DNA of 61,495 bases, filler included, from Stramenopiles sp. TOSAG23-6 (Eukaryota), in assembly GCA_900128565.1 (NCBI GenBank). It is 11 parts of 11 records of this genome, joined end to end, with 100 filler letters (N's around TTAATTAATTAA, not from the genome) between each part and the next. Parts side by side here need not be neighbours in the genome. Positions count along the whole stretch, not along the records: positions 22,487 to 27,983 come from LT636894.1; positions 28,084 to 33,580 come from LT636895.1; positions 33,681 to 39,166 come from LT636896.1; 8 more parts are not named here. The stretch is one strand, 5' to 3'. The stretch's first letter is position 1; each line of letters begins with the position of its first letter. Below, piece after piece: positions 22,687 through 34,907 of the stretch. The notes beneath the pieces are model-generated. The model did not search any database. It had not been told where the DNA came from and saw nothing but the letters and a program-made list of their open reading frames with translations. The translations under genes and the position numbers were made by a program.

Positions 22687-24067
22687 ACCAGATGTAGCGT
22701 TGTCTTTTTCTGTTTTACTAACTAGCTCTTGCAATAACATATTATTTTCGTCTATTGTTTTTTCATGCTTTTCCAATGCTTGCTTGCATTTGTGACATTC
22801 TTCTGCATTAGTACAATGATTGCATAGGTCACTGTTGATTGTTGTTGAATCACTTGCTGTTTTCTTCTGCATATTTTGTAGTTCATTAATAAGTGCCTTA
22901 CTTTTGTTGAGGAGAGTATTTTCATTAGATGCTCCTTCTAAATGATCAGTCTTTTTGTCATCACGCTTTTCTGTCGCATCACTAACAGGAGAAAAATTCA
23001 TATCGATTAAAAATTTATTTACTTCATTTAGAATGCCTTTACTTCGCATAGCAGTCCCCAGAGCCTTCATCTTTTCATTTTCTAGTAAATTAATATGTTT
23101 TAATAACTTTTTTTTTTTTTCATTTATATCTAAAATCTGTTTAGTATTTGTATCAATTGTTTCAGATATTTTTGCAACAGTTGCTCGCGCGTCATGAATC
23201 ATTGTGTCATCTCCATCAGAAGGTATCAAAAGACTTGACAACTGCCCAAGTGTTTCTTTTACATTTTCAAATTGAAGATTAAGTGCAATTCTGTGTGTAG
23301 TGAGCTTATCTAGTTTGAGTTGAAGTTTTACTGACAAACTTGATATTTGTTTATATAGACTTTGCGTTTTTTCTTGTGTTCTTTCTACATTTGAAAAAAG
23401 ATTCATTTGATCTTTAACATCTTTAAGCGATTGTTCAGCAAGGTATCTTAAATTTCGAATAATATCCTTAATTGTTTCACTTGAATATATGTATGTCGTT
23501 TCATTGCGTTTTTTTTTGTTTCAGAGATTTCTCTGTGTTTTCACTAAGACTTGTTACTTTTAGATCATCTGTAGGATATTCTTCTTCTGACTGTTTTATA
23601 CTACCCAAAACTGCTTCTTTATCTATATTCGTAGAAACTTGATGATTTGTCTCATCATTTGCTGAATTTGTCTCATCATTTGCTGAATTTGTGTTTTCGT
23701 GTAAGGTATGTTTTGCATGTTTAGTTGCACCTTTCAAGGACATCGTGGCTTCTTCTTTTCGTGTTTCGTTTTTTATTAGGGCACTGATTTTATCAATCAA
23801 TTTATTAATACTCTTCTTCTTTACTGGATCAGCTTTAATCTCAGAAATTATTGTACTTGAGTTTAGATTTTTTCCCATAAGCATCTTTTTCAAAGCAGTC
23901 ACTGCTTTTCCAATTTCATCAACGACGTTTGACGAGTGTTTTGACTTTTGACGGTGTTTTTGTTGTACATGTCGTAACTTTTTAATCCGAATGGGTGTAG
24001 CACAGTGAAGTAAGCAAAATGACACCACCGCCCAGTATGCACATCTTAATCGCATTATATATGACAC
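22487..24067 (-). CDS. Secreted coiled-coil protein, 3'-partial; frameshift at A9 run about 23509-23517
   Basis: Signal-like N-terminus; the frame after the homopolymer (RNETTYIYSSE..QMNLFS) joins ORF 22435-23406. Confidence 0.6.
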
Positions 24068-24376
24068 GTTTAGTTTTCACGTTTCATGCTCAGGATGGAG
24101 GGTGGATACAGAGAGAAAAAAAGTCGTCGTAGGATTCGAAAAAATTCAAATTTCATTTCAAAAAATAAAATCAAACTTCGATATATTTTTCCATATTTCG
24201 TGTTTTTTTTTAGAATAAAAGAGCAAAATGAAATTACAACTTCTTTTTATTACTTTTTACAAAAAAAATACTTAAAAAATTGTTTATATATTTTTCGAAA
24301 TTTTCATACATTTGTAAATTTCAGTCACCACTGTAGTAGTAATTTAGTAATTTACAATCCACATTTTCATAGTAAT

Positions 24377-25406
24377 TTAGTAATTTACAATCCATTTGCT
24401 TTTATTAACTTTTCTGTATAACTCATTTTTAATTTGAATTGGATCGATCTGTATTTTGGAAAAATATTTCAAAAAAAATCTAAAAAAAATTGTTAGGTAC
24501 AAAATATTTCAAAAAAAATCTAAAAAAAATTGTTAGGTACAAAATTACGTACGAAACCAAAAAAAAAAAAATTCAAAATTTTTTTTTGTAAAAAAAAAAA
24601 AAAATAAAACCTACATATGGTCCTCTCGATCGAAGGGTTGTTTCTTTGGATTCTTTTGAGTGTATTTTAAATTTTTTCATATTTCTTTTTTTATGTAACA
24701 TTAAAGAAGCGTGTTCACGTCTTTTTGAGCAAAATTTATAAAATTCTTTTTCTGTTAATCGAATTTGGAAATTAACTGAACTATTCATTTTTATTTCGTG
24801 TTTTCTCATAACTCCTTCTTTTTCCCATGAATAAATAGGCTCGACTAACGAACTTTTGATATGATCACTTTCCATTTTTTCATGAAATTTCGATTTATTA
24901 GATTTATTTGTACTATATGCAAGACGAGGAGGTCTGAAATAGGACTTTCCAGAGTATTTTTGTATATTTCGTGTACTTGAATTATTCTTTACAATTTTCG
25001 TGTTTTTCGTTTTTTTTGTAGTCTTTTTAGCTTGACGTTTGACATGATTATTTTGAGGTTCATTATCCATTGTAGAGTCGTTTTGAAATGAATTATACGC
25101 CAAAGGAGACGAATCTGTACTGTGTAGCAAACGTCGGAGTTTTAGTCTTTGCTTTTCGAAAAGTATCGCTCGTTCGTCTCGGTCATGGTTTAAGAAGAAT
25201 TCTTCTAGCTCATTAACGCGTTCTTCAATAGACGTTCGGAGATTGCTTAATGCTTTTTCGGCGACAAATATTTCTTGTTGCGAATCAGCATTCTCTAACT
25301 TCTCAAAAAGAGTTGAAATAAGGTGTATCACTCTATCTGCTTCACGTGGTAAGGAAGGACCTCTTGTGATATCGAGAGGAATCCAATTAAAAACTCGTTG
25401 CGACAT
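24377..25406 (-). CDS. Hypothetical protein, 2 exons
   Basis: ..RGPY|IDPIQIKNELYRKVNKSKWIVNY*. Confidence 0.65.
24449..24614 (-). mobile_element. Introner-like intron, GT-AG, with internal 40-nt duplication
   Basis: TAT|GTAGGT..two TACCTAAC..CCAAAATACAG|. Confidence 0.8.
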
Positions 25407-25723
25407 TTTTATTATAAGGAAAGATAGATATGTAGTACTTTAGGGTAGTATCGATACTAGTAAAACAATCAATATCTATATATGTATATGTAATACAATG
25501 TTTTGTAAGAAAAAAAAACTTTTTGTATAATGTATCTTTTTTGTCTATATATCACTCAACAACTGGAGTACAAAAAAGAGATCTTGGAATTTTTCCAACA
25601 CCAAACAACAAAGAGAGAAAAGATAGATCTAGATCTGAGATCCGTCGGTTATATTTTATTTTAGTTTTACAGGTTTGTTCCACTTAATTTTTTTTTATTT
25701 AAAAATTTTTTTTTTTTTTTTTT

Positions 25724-27925
25724 TTATTCCAAAAGTGAAAAATCATATTTTTCAAATTTTTCTTTAAACTCTTCAACTAATACAGTTTCATCTTCTTTAG
25801 AGGCAATACACTTTTTCCATTCAAGCCTATCTGGCTTTCCAAGAGCTTCACATAAGACTCTACGTACGAATCGAACACCAGGTACATTATCTGATTTAGG
25901 TTGAAAAACATATAAAATTCTGGTTAAATTGGGTAATACAATTAAAATATATTCCAGACTTTTCCAAGAATCTAACAAATCTTCATTAGGGTTAGGGTTA
26001 TCACCACTAACTTCATCTTGTAACGCTTTTTCTAATACAATATCAGGTTTAAATTCATTTTTTTCTATATTTCGTGAATTTGGACTGGGTTCCAGTACAA
26101 TACATTTCATGTCATATTGTTTTGCTGCTTTATTAAAATGATAAAACAATGTATTTTGGAAAAATATTTCAAAAAAAATTCTAAAATTTTTTTTGTTAGG
26201 TACAAAATTTACTATAAAAAAAAATATAAAATATTTTGGAAAAATATTTCAAAAAAAATTCTAAAATTTTTTTGTTAGGTACAAAATTTCGTACGAAAAA
26301 AAAAAATCGATTTTTTGTTTAAAAAAAAAAAAAAATAAAACATACATGCATCCGCACAAACATCTAATCCATTTTTAGTTTTTTTAGTTTTTTTAGTTTT
26401 TTTTGTTTTGTCAACTATTGTATCAGTTGTATCATTATTTTTAAATGACATGAATTCAATTGGAACAACGTCTAAGTGCATGTATTTTGGAAAAATATTT
26501 CAAATGATTTTTCGTTAGGTACAAAATTTCGTACGAAAAAAAAATTTCGATTTTTTTTGTTAAAAAAAAAATGAAACATACATATGCCGTAATGTTTTTT
26601 TTTCAAAATTTTGTATTCCGTTTTTATCTACAAAATTTTTTTTTTCAATTTTTTTTTCAAAATTTTTTGTGTTTTGATGATTTCGTTTGGTGTGAATATG
26701 ATGCTCATACATGATAAGATATTTAGGTTTATCTAATGAACTATATAATAAATGCAATGCATCAAAATATCTTGATAAATCCCAACAAACTTCAATTGGA
26801 GCAGTAGCTAATGACGTGATTTCGTGTTGGACACTAACAAGTAAAATATGATCTCTATGTATTTTGGAAAAAAAATTCAAAAAATTTTAAAAAAAATTGT
26901 TAGGTACAAAATTACCTACGAAAAAAAAATTAAATTTTTTTTTTTTTTTTTTTTAAATTGAAAAAAATTGAAAAAAAAAAAAAATTTGTTAGGTACAAAA
27001 TTTCGTACGAAAATGAAAAGATGAAGGCTCTGGGGACTGCTATGCGAAGTAAAGGCATTCTAANNNNNNNNNNNNNNNNNNNNNNNNNNNNNNNNNNNNN
27101 NNNNNNNNNNNNNNNNNNNNNNNNNNNNNNNNNNNNNNNNNNNNNNNNNNNNNNNNNNNNNNNNNNNNNNNNNNNNNNNNNNNNNNNNNNNNNNNNNNNN
27201 NNNNNNNNNNNNNNNNNNAAAATTTCGTACGAAAACTAAAAAAAAAAAAAAAAAATTGAAATTCATAATGAAAAACCTATCGAAATAAAAACTCAAAAAA
27301 AAAAAATTTTGAAAAATTTGTTAGGTACAAAATTTTCAAAAAAAACTCAAAAAAAAAAAATAAATTTGAAATTCATAATGAAAACAAACGCTTCTCGTGT
27401 ATATCTAAAGCCTTGACCAGATCGATTACCAAAAAAATATTGATTCCCTCCTTGCATACCTCCTCGTGTATTACATTCTGCTTTATATAATTCTAAAGCT
27501 CTTTGTTCACTAAATTGAGAATTAGATTTTATAAATTGACGTTTTTGTTGCTTAGGGTTAGGGTTCTGAAAATTATTCCTTCCCTGAATATCTGAATTTA
27601 ATTGTAAAGCTCGCTTTTGACTAGAACGTTGACAATATGGTGATTTTGTACTTCCTTCAATCACTTTACACAAATCTTTAGAATTCATCACAGACATTGG
27701 AAGCAACTGTAAAGCATATATTTTGGAAAAATATTTCAAAAAAAAAAATCTAAAAAATTTATTAGGTACAAATTTTCGTACGAAAAAAAAAAATTATATA
27801 AAAAAAAAAAAAAACGTACATGTAACCATTTTAATGATTTTGACTGAGTAGTTGTTGAAGAACTAGTTGATGCTTCAAATACAGAAGACAATGAAAAAAA
27901 ACGTGTTGAATGACGAGGACAAGAG
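25724..27925 (-). CDS. CWF19L1: CWF19-like protein 1 (CwfJ domain), 5'-partial, multi-exon, one exon probably in gap
   Basis: HSTRFFSL..KWLHALQLLPMSVM; DHILLVSVQH; RHMHLDVVPI; RFVRRVLCEALGKPDRLEWKKC..FKEKFEKYDFS. Confidence 0.85.
26149..26345 (-). mobile_element. Introner-like intron, GT-AT, with internal duplication of the 3' half
   Basis: GCAT|GTATGT..two TACCTAAC..CCAAAATACAT|TG gives ADALFYHF. Confidence 0.8.
26480..26581 (-). mobile_element. Introner-like intron, GT-AT
   Basis: AT|GTATGT..CCAAAATACAT|G restores HMHLDVVP; the nearest AG gives a stop. Confidence 0.9.
26857..27389 (-). mobile_element. Tandem or mis-assembled introner pieces around a gap
   Basis: Donor GC|GTTTGT at 27389, several TACCTAAC, acceptor CCAAAATACAT at 26857. 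Confidence 0.6.
27716..27819 (-). mobile_element. Introner-like intron, GT-AT
   Basis: CAT|GTACGT..TACCTAAT..CCAAAATATAT|GCT gives KWLHALQLLPM. Confidence 0.85.
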
Positions 27926-27983
27926 ATGTATTTTGGAAAAATATTTGAAAAAAAATTCTAAAAAATTTGTTAGGTACAAAATT
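27926..27983 (-). mobile_element. Introner 3' half at contig end
   Basis: TACCTAAC..CCAAAATACAT|. Confidence 0.75.
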
Positions 27984-28261
27984 NNNNNNNNNNNNNNNNN
28001 NNNNNNNNNNNNNNNNNNNNNNNNNNNTTAATTAATTAANNNNNNNNNNNNNNNNNNNNNNNNNNNNNNNNNNNNNNNNNNNNTACTGATTTTCGTACAA
28101 AATCAAAAGTGGCCGGTATAGGGGGGACGACTTCCTACTAGTAATAATAATAACGCTGTTGGTACCTACGCATACTAAAAGCAGTTGTTAGTCTAGTGTT
28201 GACATCGGTGAATTTACAAAATGTCACAATTGACAAGTTTTTGCGATAAATAAATTCTACA

Positions 28262-29968
28262 ATGGCAATTGCAATACCAATAAAAATGAGAAAAGGCTAT
28301 CAAAGTAAAAGGAAGAGTGAGAAACAGCAAGTCCAAGCGGCTTTGACGTATATTTTGATGACTTTCATGGTACTCGTCGTAGTCTATGCAAAATATTTTG
28401 TGCGATTGTGGCGTCGCCAACCAACTTACCAAAGAGAACCGGTTCTCCATCCATCTTTCTGCCGTGGAGATGAAACAGAAAAAAATGGTTTCTTCTGGTA
28501 TGATCTAGGGGGGACTGAGTGTGTGTGTGACAAGTCTTGGGACACAAATCGGTATTGGCGCAAATACTGGACAGGGTTTGCGTTTAATATACCACACGTC
28601 ATTGGAACAATCCAATTTTATGTTCTATTGGGAGATGGATATGCTATTGCCATTGGAATATTTATGAATGAAGTTATCGAAGAACTCTTACTTGGTATTA
28701 CTGGATCTTGGGGTTTCAATGGTGATCCCCCGAGTGACTTGGAACCGCGATACGATAGTTTAATCCGAGATATTTTCTGTACCTTTGCTGGTTTATTTTT
28801 AGGAAAGTTATATTTTGATCTTATGGATGTTCATGTCTATGCCTGGTGGTGGAATCCTCCAAATCCAATGTCTTTTGTAAATCATTGGCGACATCGAATA
28901 TTTTCCAGGTTTTGGATAGGGAAAAGACCTCACTCTCGCCAACCATATATTAATATTTTTAAAGGCCCTTCGGATCAAAATCAAAATCAAAATAGAAAGC
29001 ATAGAGTGAATTCAAGATATACAAAACATACAAAAAATATAAAATATGATGTTCACTTTACTCGGATGAATAATTTTGATCCGAACGAACCATCGAGTGC
29101 AGTTTGTTGGATGAAACATATTACACAAATTGTTCTTATTTGGCAGTTAACTCTCTGTTATAATACTGACAATGGATTATATAATTGGAGTAGCTGCAAC
29201 ATTATGCTTCTCGTAACATATTTTGTGATTGTGACTATATGTGGTTTTGTCAATCGATTTGATTTTCCTGGTGCAGAGCCAAGCCATGTTATTAAATGGC
29301 ATGTCGGTTGGGCACTTTGTGTCTGTTATGTATTTGTCTTTACCATCAAGCCCTTTTTACACGAAATGTATTTAGTTATCGTTGCAATATTTTCGCTGTT
29401 CATTATATTATATTGGCTAAAAATTTGGAACAAAGCTGTACACCCAACGTCTATGAAATCACAAAATGAATCACTGAATGCAATACAAAATATAAATTCT
29501 ATTGATTCTTCCCTATCTAAGATTCCTATAGATTTCGTATTTAATGTGGAAGAACTAGTTCAGTCTTTACATGATGATATGTGTCATATACAAGATAATT
29601 ATGTAGAGGTAGGTAGGACAATAAGCTTGAAACAACTTATGAGTAATTATACTAATAGAAATAAAACCAATAGAAAAATGAAGTCTAATAGTATACCACA
29701 GATAGATGACACTGTAGAGCGTGTAGAATACGGGAGAGTAATCAATAGGGTTGACTTTGGTAAACACGAAACTATTGAAAAAACGTATAATAATATATGT
29801 TTAAGAAGATCTGCCATTACACTTTTTTCAATAGGTGCAATAGTGTGGGCGATGCATCAGCCTCTACTATGGGATGGTGTTATGTACTCAAGACATTGGT
29901 GTGGAAACCCATCCAAAAATATTATTGACGGTTGTGCTTCTGAAGATGCTTGGGTAGGTTTCACTTAG
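28262..29968 (+). CDS. Multi-pass membrane protein of unknown function
   Basis: 568-aa intronless ORF with many hydrophobic segments. Confidence 0.7.
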   Translation: MAIAIPIKMRKGYQSKRKSEKQQVQAALTYILMTFMVLVVVYAKYFVRLWRRQPTYQREPVLHPSFCRGDETEKNGFFWYDLGGTECVCDKSWDTNRYWRKYWTGFAFNIPHVIGTIQFYVLLGDGYAIAIGIFMNEVIEELLLGITGSWGFNGDPPSDLEPRYDSLIRDIFCTFAGLFLGKLYFDLMDVHVYAWWWNPPNPMSFVNHWRHRIFSRFWIGKRPHSRQPYINIFKGPSDQNQNQNRKHRVNSRYTKHTKNIKYDVHFTRMNNFDPNEPSSAVCWMKHITQIVLIWQLTLCYNTDNGLYNWSSCNIMLLVTYFVIVTICGFVNRFDFPGAEPSHVIKWHVGWALCVCYVFVFTIKPFLHEMYLVIVAIFSLFIILYWLKIWNKAVHPTSMKSQNESLNAIQNINSIDSSLSKIPIDFVFNVEELVQSLHDDMCHIQDNYVEVGRTISLKQLMSNYTNRNKTNRKMKSNSIPQIDDTVERVEYGRVINRVDFGKHETIEKTYNNICLRRSAITLFSIGAIVWAMHQPLLWDGVMYSRHWCGNPSKNIIDGCASEDAWVGFT

Positions 29969-30061
29969 TTGTTGGTGTGGCTTTGGTGGACTAAATATCG
30001 AGTACATTTTCAAAAGATTTGTACCCTTTATAATAAAATTTTATAATTCAATTAGTAAAAT

Positions 30062-30493
30062 TCAATCCATCGAACCGTTCAATGTGTGGTTCATTTTTAC
30101 TGCGTTGTTGTTGAGAATTTCAAGGGCCAACTTACCGAGACCTAGAGCAACTTTCTTACGATGATTTATTGATAAAGTGTTGTTGGATGAAAGATACTCC
30201 TGCGTTTTATTAATATCTCTATCTATCATATGTGTGAAATTATCGAGTTTTACATCACTTTTTAGCTGCTCGTCAATCAGATTGAACAATTCGTCTTCCA
30301 CTGACGAAATATTGAAAGCTGTCGCTCGGAGCGGGCGATGATGACCCCTAACCCTAACTGGATATCTCCAAGGCATGCTAAGTGGCAGAGGGCTAAGGAT
30401 AGGTAAACCAAGAGATTTTTCTATCTGTATAAATAAAAGTATGTGCAAAATAAACACTGTAGAAGTAGTACAACATTTCATGTTTTTCATCAT
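30062..30493 (-). CDS. Small secreted hypothetical protein
   Basis: Signal-like VFILHILLFIQIEKSLG. Confidence 0.5.
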   Translation of the reverse strand: MMKNMKCCTTSTVFILHILLFIQIEKSLGLPILSPLPLSMPWRYPVRVRGHHRPLRATAFNISSVEDELFNLIDEQLKSDVKLDNFTHMIDRDINKTQEYLSSNNTLSINHRKKVALGLGKLALEILNNNAVKMNHTLNGSMD

Positions 30494-30823
30494 TAGAAAC
30501 TCTAATGAAATCTACAGTAAGATACTACAGTGAGTACACACGGTGAGACCAAGCCACGGGTATACGAGAGATTAATTTTCGCGTTTTGAAAAAAAAACTT
30601 CTTCGAATTTGATTCGAGCAGTTTTTCGTGTTTCTTCTAGTCATTTTACTTCGTTGTCATTATTGCTGTTACAACTTACAACTTCCACGTACAAGTCAAA
30701 TCGTACTTGATATACTACTTACTGAATCTTACTATATTTATTGACTATACACAAAAACATAGTGCGATTAACCAAACAAACGCATAATGAAAATAACTCT
30801 TTTTCTAATTTTTAATAGTTAAT

Positions 30824-33082
30824 ATGACAACTCAGCTCGAGTTACGAAATGAAGTAGACCCACAAAAATTTTGGGAAATTATCATCCAAGATAAATCGTT
30901 TACAATACGGGAAGGAAATGTTGGTGATTTGGGTAAAACTTCATCTCTAAACTTTAGTTCTATAGCTCGTGCTCAACAAATTGCTTATTTGAAAACCCAG
31001 CAAAAATTATTGAGTGGATACAAGATTGCTTTTAAAGTGGGTAATGGTAATAAGTCTACACTGAATAAAACTCAGGAGTCAACTTCATCAGTACACATAG
31101 AAGATAAGGACACAGACGCATTTACGAGAAGTAGTTTATTTTCTAAAATTAGAAATTTTCCGCCGAGGGGAAAAGGTGTCAAGATCTCAAAGCAAAATAT
31201 AAATGGAATTGGTACACTAACTCGAACCGGACGACCCAGAAGTAGTGAAGGTTGTAGAAATATACATCTAAATGAATCGAATATTCGTTTTAAAGGTTCA
31301 AATAAGGTTAAAGTTCATCTAAAAAGTAGTTGTAATGAAAGAAGTCTTGATGATGAAATTCAACAAGAAAGAATTCATCCAAACGAAAGTAGAGACAAAC
31401 CACAGGGTAATGGATTAGGGTTAGGGTTGGACAAACCAAAGACACTTTGTGTTCGCCGCCATAAAGAAAATGAAAATATGCACCAATATAGTGATTACCC
31501 TAACCCTAACCCTAATATGCACCAATATAGTGATTCATGGAAGAAAAACAACGTTATAAAGAATGAAGTCTTCAATGAATCAGATATAAGAAAAGTTCAG
31601 CCGACAGCACCAGATGTAAATGGTAAAATAACAGAAATAAACTCAATAGATACGAAATTTAGTACANATGTAATAAAGAATGTGGAGTTTATTCAGTGGA
31701 AAGATATGTCTGATGAAGGAATTAAGCATACTACAATTATGTATCAAAAAATGAATTGTATTAATGATAAAGACGTAAATGATATCAACTATTTCAATGT
31801 AAAGTCGAACAAAATAGGAACTAAAAATAAAGTGACAATAAAAACTGTGGATAATAAGTCAAATGTCTTTGTTGAAGATATTGAAAAATCCTCTGTCGAA
31901 AATGAATCTAGTAAAGTAAAATTTGAATTTCAGAAAAATGAAAACTCAGAGGAAAGATATAGTCGTAATATATGCAAAATAAATGACGATGTTCAAGAGG
32001 AAGTTCCAGTGAAAATTGACTCAAAACGACGTTTAGAAATTATGCCAGATGTGATCAAGAAAAAGAAGAATGCTACAGAGAAAAATAATATCTTTGCGAA
32101 GCTCAGTAATGATTTGAAATCTGAATATAATGAAATGAATGACATGATGTCATCTGCAAGTATCGATGCAAAACTTGTATTGCAAAAAACAGCTTCCGAA
32201 ACTGATGCAGAACCTAAAACATTCAAGAGTTGTAATAGCTCTAAAAAAACACCTTCAGAAACTGATACAATACCTAAAACATTCAAGAGTTGTAATAGCT
32301 CAGTAATAGAGGTTACAGGTGTTTCAAGACAACAGAAAGAGCATGTGTGTTCCGTACAACCTAGACCAAAACATCCACTCTTGGTAATAAAAGATAAACC
32401 AATACAAGATTGTGATGATTGGGTTGATCCCCTTGCCAATATGGGAAGTTTTGGAACTCCCCTATGGAAAAAGAGACTCAACGTTCCTATTGTACCTCCA
32501 TTGCACTTAAAACGAAATGGAATTGGCGGTGAAGTTGGACCAAGGAGACAATTACATTGTAGACACAAACGGCGTTTATCTAAAGCTCAATTAAAATATT
32601 ATGGAAATATAGGTTCTACATCGCACATCCGAAGGATTGGTCGAGTAGCGAGTACTAATTATAACAAAAAGAGTACCAATAAATATACAAAACTTAAAAG
32701 ACCGGCTACAAGTGGTAGTAAATATAGATGTCGTATACATAGTGGAATCATAAAAGAACACTCAAAGTTACACAATCGTCAAAGTCTAAGAAGTGCTAGC
32801 ACCCAGGGTGTACGTGGGAAAAGACCAATATCAAGGCAAAGGGTGGGAATGATTGCTCGAGGCAAAAGACCAATATCAAGGCAAAGGGTAGGAATGATTG
32901 CTCGAGGGAAAAGACCAATATCAAGGCAATTTGTAAAGAGGAGATCAAGTCATGGACGTCCAGGAACTGCAGGGATTATTCGAGACTTACGAAGAATTTC
33001 AAGAGAAGCTACAAGACCACGTCATCGTAGTAATAGTATACAGAACCGTGCAAAATGGATTGGGATAGGACGTTCATTTTGA
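30824..33082 (+). CDS. WGR-domain protein with long disordered tail
   Basis: N-terminal KFWEIII..FTIREGNVGDLG..KLLSGYK; internal repeats ETD.PKTFKSCNSS x2 and RGKRPISRQ x3. Confidence 0.7.
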   Translation: MTTQLELRNEVDPQKFWEIIIQDKSFTIREGNVGDLGKTSSLNFSSIARAQQIAYLKTQQKLLSGYKIAFKVGNGNKSTLNKTQESTSSVHIEDKDTDAFTRSSLFSKIRNFPPRGKGVKISKQNINGIGTLTRTGRPRSSEGCRNIHLNESNIRFKGSNKVKVHLKSSCNERSLDDEIQQERIHPNESRDKPQGNGLGLGLDKPKTLCVRRHKENENMHQYSDYPNPNPNMHQYSDSWKKNNVIKNEVFNESDIRKVQPTAPDVNGKITEINSIDTKFSTXVIKNVEFIQWKDMSDEGIKHTTIMYQKMNCINDKDVNDINYFNVKSNKIGTKNKVTIKTVDNKSNVFVEDIEKSSVENESSKVKFEFQKNENSEERYSRNICKINDDVQEEVPVKIDSKRRLEIMPDVIKKKKNATEKNNIFAKLSNDLKSEYNEMNDMMSSASIDAKLVLQKTASETDAEPKTFKSCNSSKKTPSETDTIPKTFKSCNSSVIEVTGVSRQQKEHVCSVQPRPKHPLLVIKDKPIQDCDDWVDPLANMGSFGTPLWKKRLNVPIVPPLHLKRNGIGGEVGPRRQLHCRHKRRLSKAQLKYYGNIGSTSHIRRIGRVASTNYNKKSTNKYTKLKRPATSGSKYRCRIHSGIIKEHSKLHNRQSLRSASTQGVRGKRPISRQRVGMIARGKRPISRQRVGMIARGKRPISRQFVKRRSSHGRPGTAGIIRDLRRISREATRPRHRSNSIQNRAKWIGIGRSF

Positions 33083-33139
33083 AGATATTGAAATTAAATA
33101 AAAGTTTTATAGATATTATCAAACGTTTTCATGTATTTA

Positions 33140-33454
33140 TTATTCAACAATTTGAGTGGCACAGGCAGCAGGTGCCTCAAGGATCATTGTGTATACACAC
33201 TTGGAAGGCTCTTCTATGTATTTTGGAAAAATATTTGAAAAAAAATTCGTTAGGTACAATATTTCGTATGAAAAACAACTTCGAATTTGAAAAAAAATAA
33301 AACATACATATTTCTTAGTAGCAACTTCGGGCCACATGATATATATACAAAGAGTGTGCGTGATGGTCCCTGGTAGCAACGCGACCCACCTCTAAAAACC
33401 ATAACCTTATTCGGACCACTTTTATTCTTTGTTGTTTTTGTTGTTGAGCAAACC
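33140..33454 (-). CDS. MRH-domain protein (glucosidase II beta/PRKCSH-like) C-terminus
   Basis: GGSRCYQGPSRTLFVYISCG..RNIEEPSKCVYTMILEAPAAC. Confidence 0.85.
33216..33307 (-). mobile_element. Introner-like intron, GT-AT
   Basis: AT|GTATGT..CCAAAATACAT|A; the three nearby AGs are all out of frame. Confidence 0.9.
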
Positions 33455-33580
33455 ATGTGTTTTTTGGGAATATATTCAAAGAAAAACATTAGGTAAAATT
33501 GAAATTGGAATGAATGCTGAAATTTTTTTTTGTTAGGTATAAAATTGGGTACAAAAAAAATCGAAATTTTTGAAAATGAC
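33455..33580 (-). mobile_element. Introner-derived intron 3' part at contig end
   Basis: TACCTAAC and TACCTAAT..AAACACAT|. Confidence 0.6.
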
Positions 33581-33941
33581 NNNNNNNNNNNNNNNNNNNN
33601 NNNNNNNNNNNNNNNNNNNNNNNNTTAATTAATTAANNNNNNNNNNNNNNNNNNNNNNNNNNNNNNNNNNNNNNNNNNNNATGGACACACCTAAAATGTT
33701 ATTGGGTGGTGAAGAAGAAACGCAACAAATGGATACACCAAAAATATTATTGGATAGTGAAGATGACTCATCCAAAGTTAAGTTTGCCAATGAAGAGTTA
33801 TTATTCGATAAGTCTTATTTTTAGATTAAAAGGGAAAAGTTCAAGTCTAAATATTTTACTATGCTTCTTTAAAGTGTAACTATTACATACTGAAAATAAA
33901 AATATTCTAAAAAGATAGCTAACTTTTACTAACTAAAGTTT

Positions 33942-34499
33942 TTAAAGGTCCACATTGCTCGACACAGAACTGGGAGCGCTAGAGGTACCAACAATACCTT
34001 CGTCGTAACCATCGTGGGCGAGGCCTGCACCGAGGTGGTTAGAACCATTTGAATCAGTTGGGGGGTGATTACTTTGCGAGTGTAAATCATCAAAATGACC
34101 AAATTGCTCAGCTTCAAAATCAGGAAACTTTGACATGAGTAATCCGTTGACAATTGAAATTAGTATAAGGAGCGCTGCAATCCACCTACCAAAAGTTCCG
34201 AAAGCAAAAAGAAGCATTGCAACAAGCAACACAGACAAGGTCCGCCCGAATGGGGTCAAAAGAAATCTACAGTCTCTAAGAATTACAGACATTAAAACTT
34301 CTGGCATTTTACGAAACTCTAGAAGTGTCAAGATAATGGCGAAAATACAAATATACAAACCAATAATGATAGATATGTAAGTACCTTGGTCAGCCATAAA
34401 ATAAATACCAGAACCAAACATTCCTATGGACAAAAGAGCGAGATTGCACGCCCTTGTCACCATTCTCAAAGTACCTTCATTTTCCTCAATATGATTCAT
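33942..34499 (-). CDS. COPI-associated (TVP15-like) membrane protein
   Basis: IGLYICIFAIILTLLE..RFLLTPFGRTL; 4 TM segments. Confidence 0.7.
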   Translation of the reverse strand: MNHIEENEGTLRMVTRACNLALLSIGMFGSGIYFMADQGTYISIIIGLYICIFAIILTLLEFRKMPEVLMSVILRDCRFLLTPFGRTLSVLLVAMLLFAFGTFGRWIAALLILISIVNGLLMSKFPDFEAEQFGHFDDLHSQSNHPPTDSNGSNHLGAGLAHDGYDEGIVGTSSAPSSVSSNVDL

Positions 34500-34907
34500 C
34501 CTCAAGTACAATTAATATAAGTAAGATGTACTAGAAAAATATTGCTACTGAGCAATTTCGAAATTGTAGTTTGACTTTAGCGACCACCAGTCGTTTCGGT
34601 TTGTTCGAGTTTTGAGCTGAGGCGCTGGATGATCGATGACGTCATTGTGATGCGTGCGTTGTTTATAAAATAATATGCTTTGCAATGCGTCGCCTCAAAT
34701 GTGTTGTTTCTGTATAAATCTGATTGAACACAATATTGTAAAAACTAGGGCCATTGTTTCTATAGTTTTTATTTCTTTTTTTTTTATAATAAAAACATTC
34801 CAGTGATTTTGTGAAATAATAAAAACTTATGTTTAAAATTTACTGTATTCTTTTTCAGAGTAATAAGTTAATTAAATTTTGTTTATGCATTTTTTTATAT
34901 ATAAAGT

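Noticed and set aside
23509-23517. Programmed frameshift in the secreted coiled-coil gene
   Set aside because: Occurs at an A9 homopolymer, a typical sequencing error site.
24086-24421. Many short F/K-rich or antisense ORFs in the ORF track (e.g. those containing NFVPN, EILYLT, TKFCT)
   Set aside because: They are translations of introner or AT-rich intergenic sequence, or shadows of real genes.
27009-27063. Captured exon fragment (inverted copy of 23028-23082) inside an introner
   Set aside because: It abuts an N gap in repetitive sequence within the same scaffold; most likely gap-filling mis-assembly.
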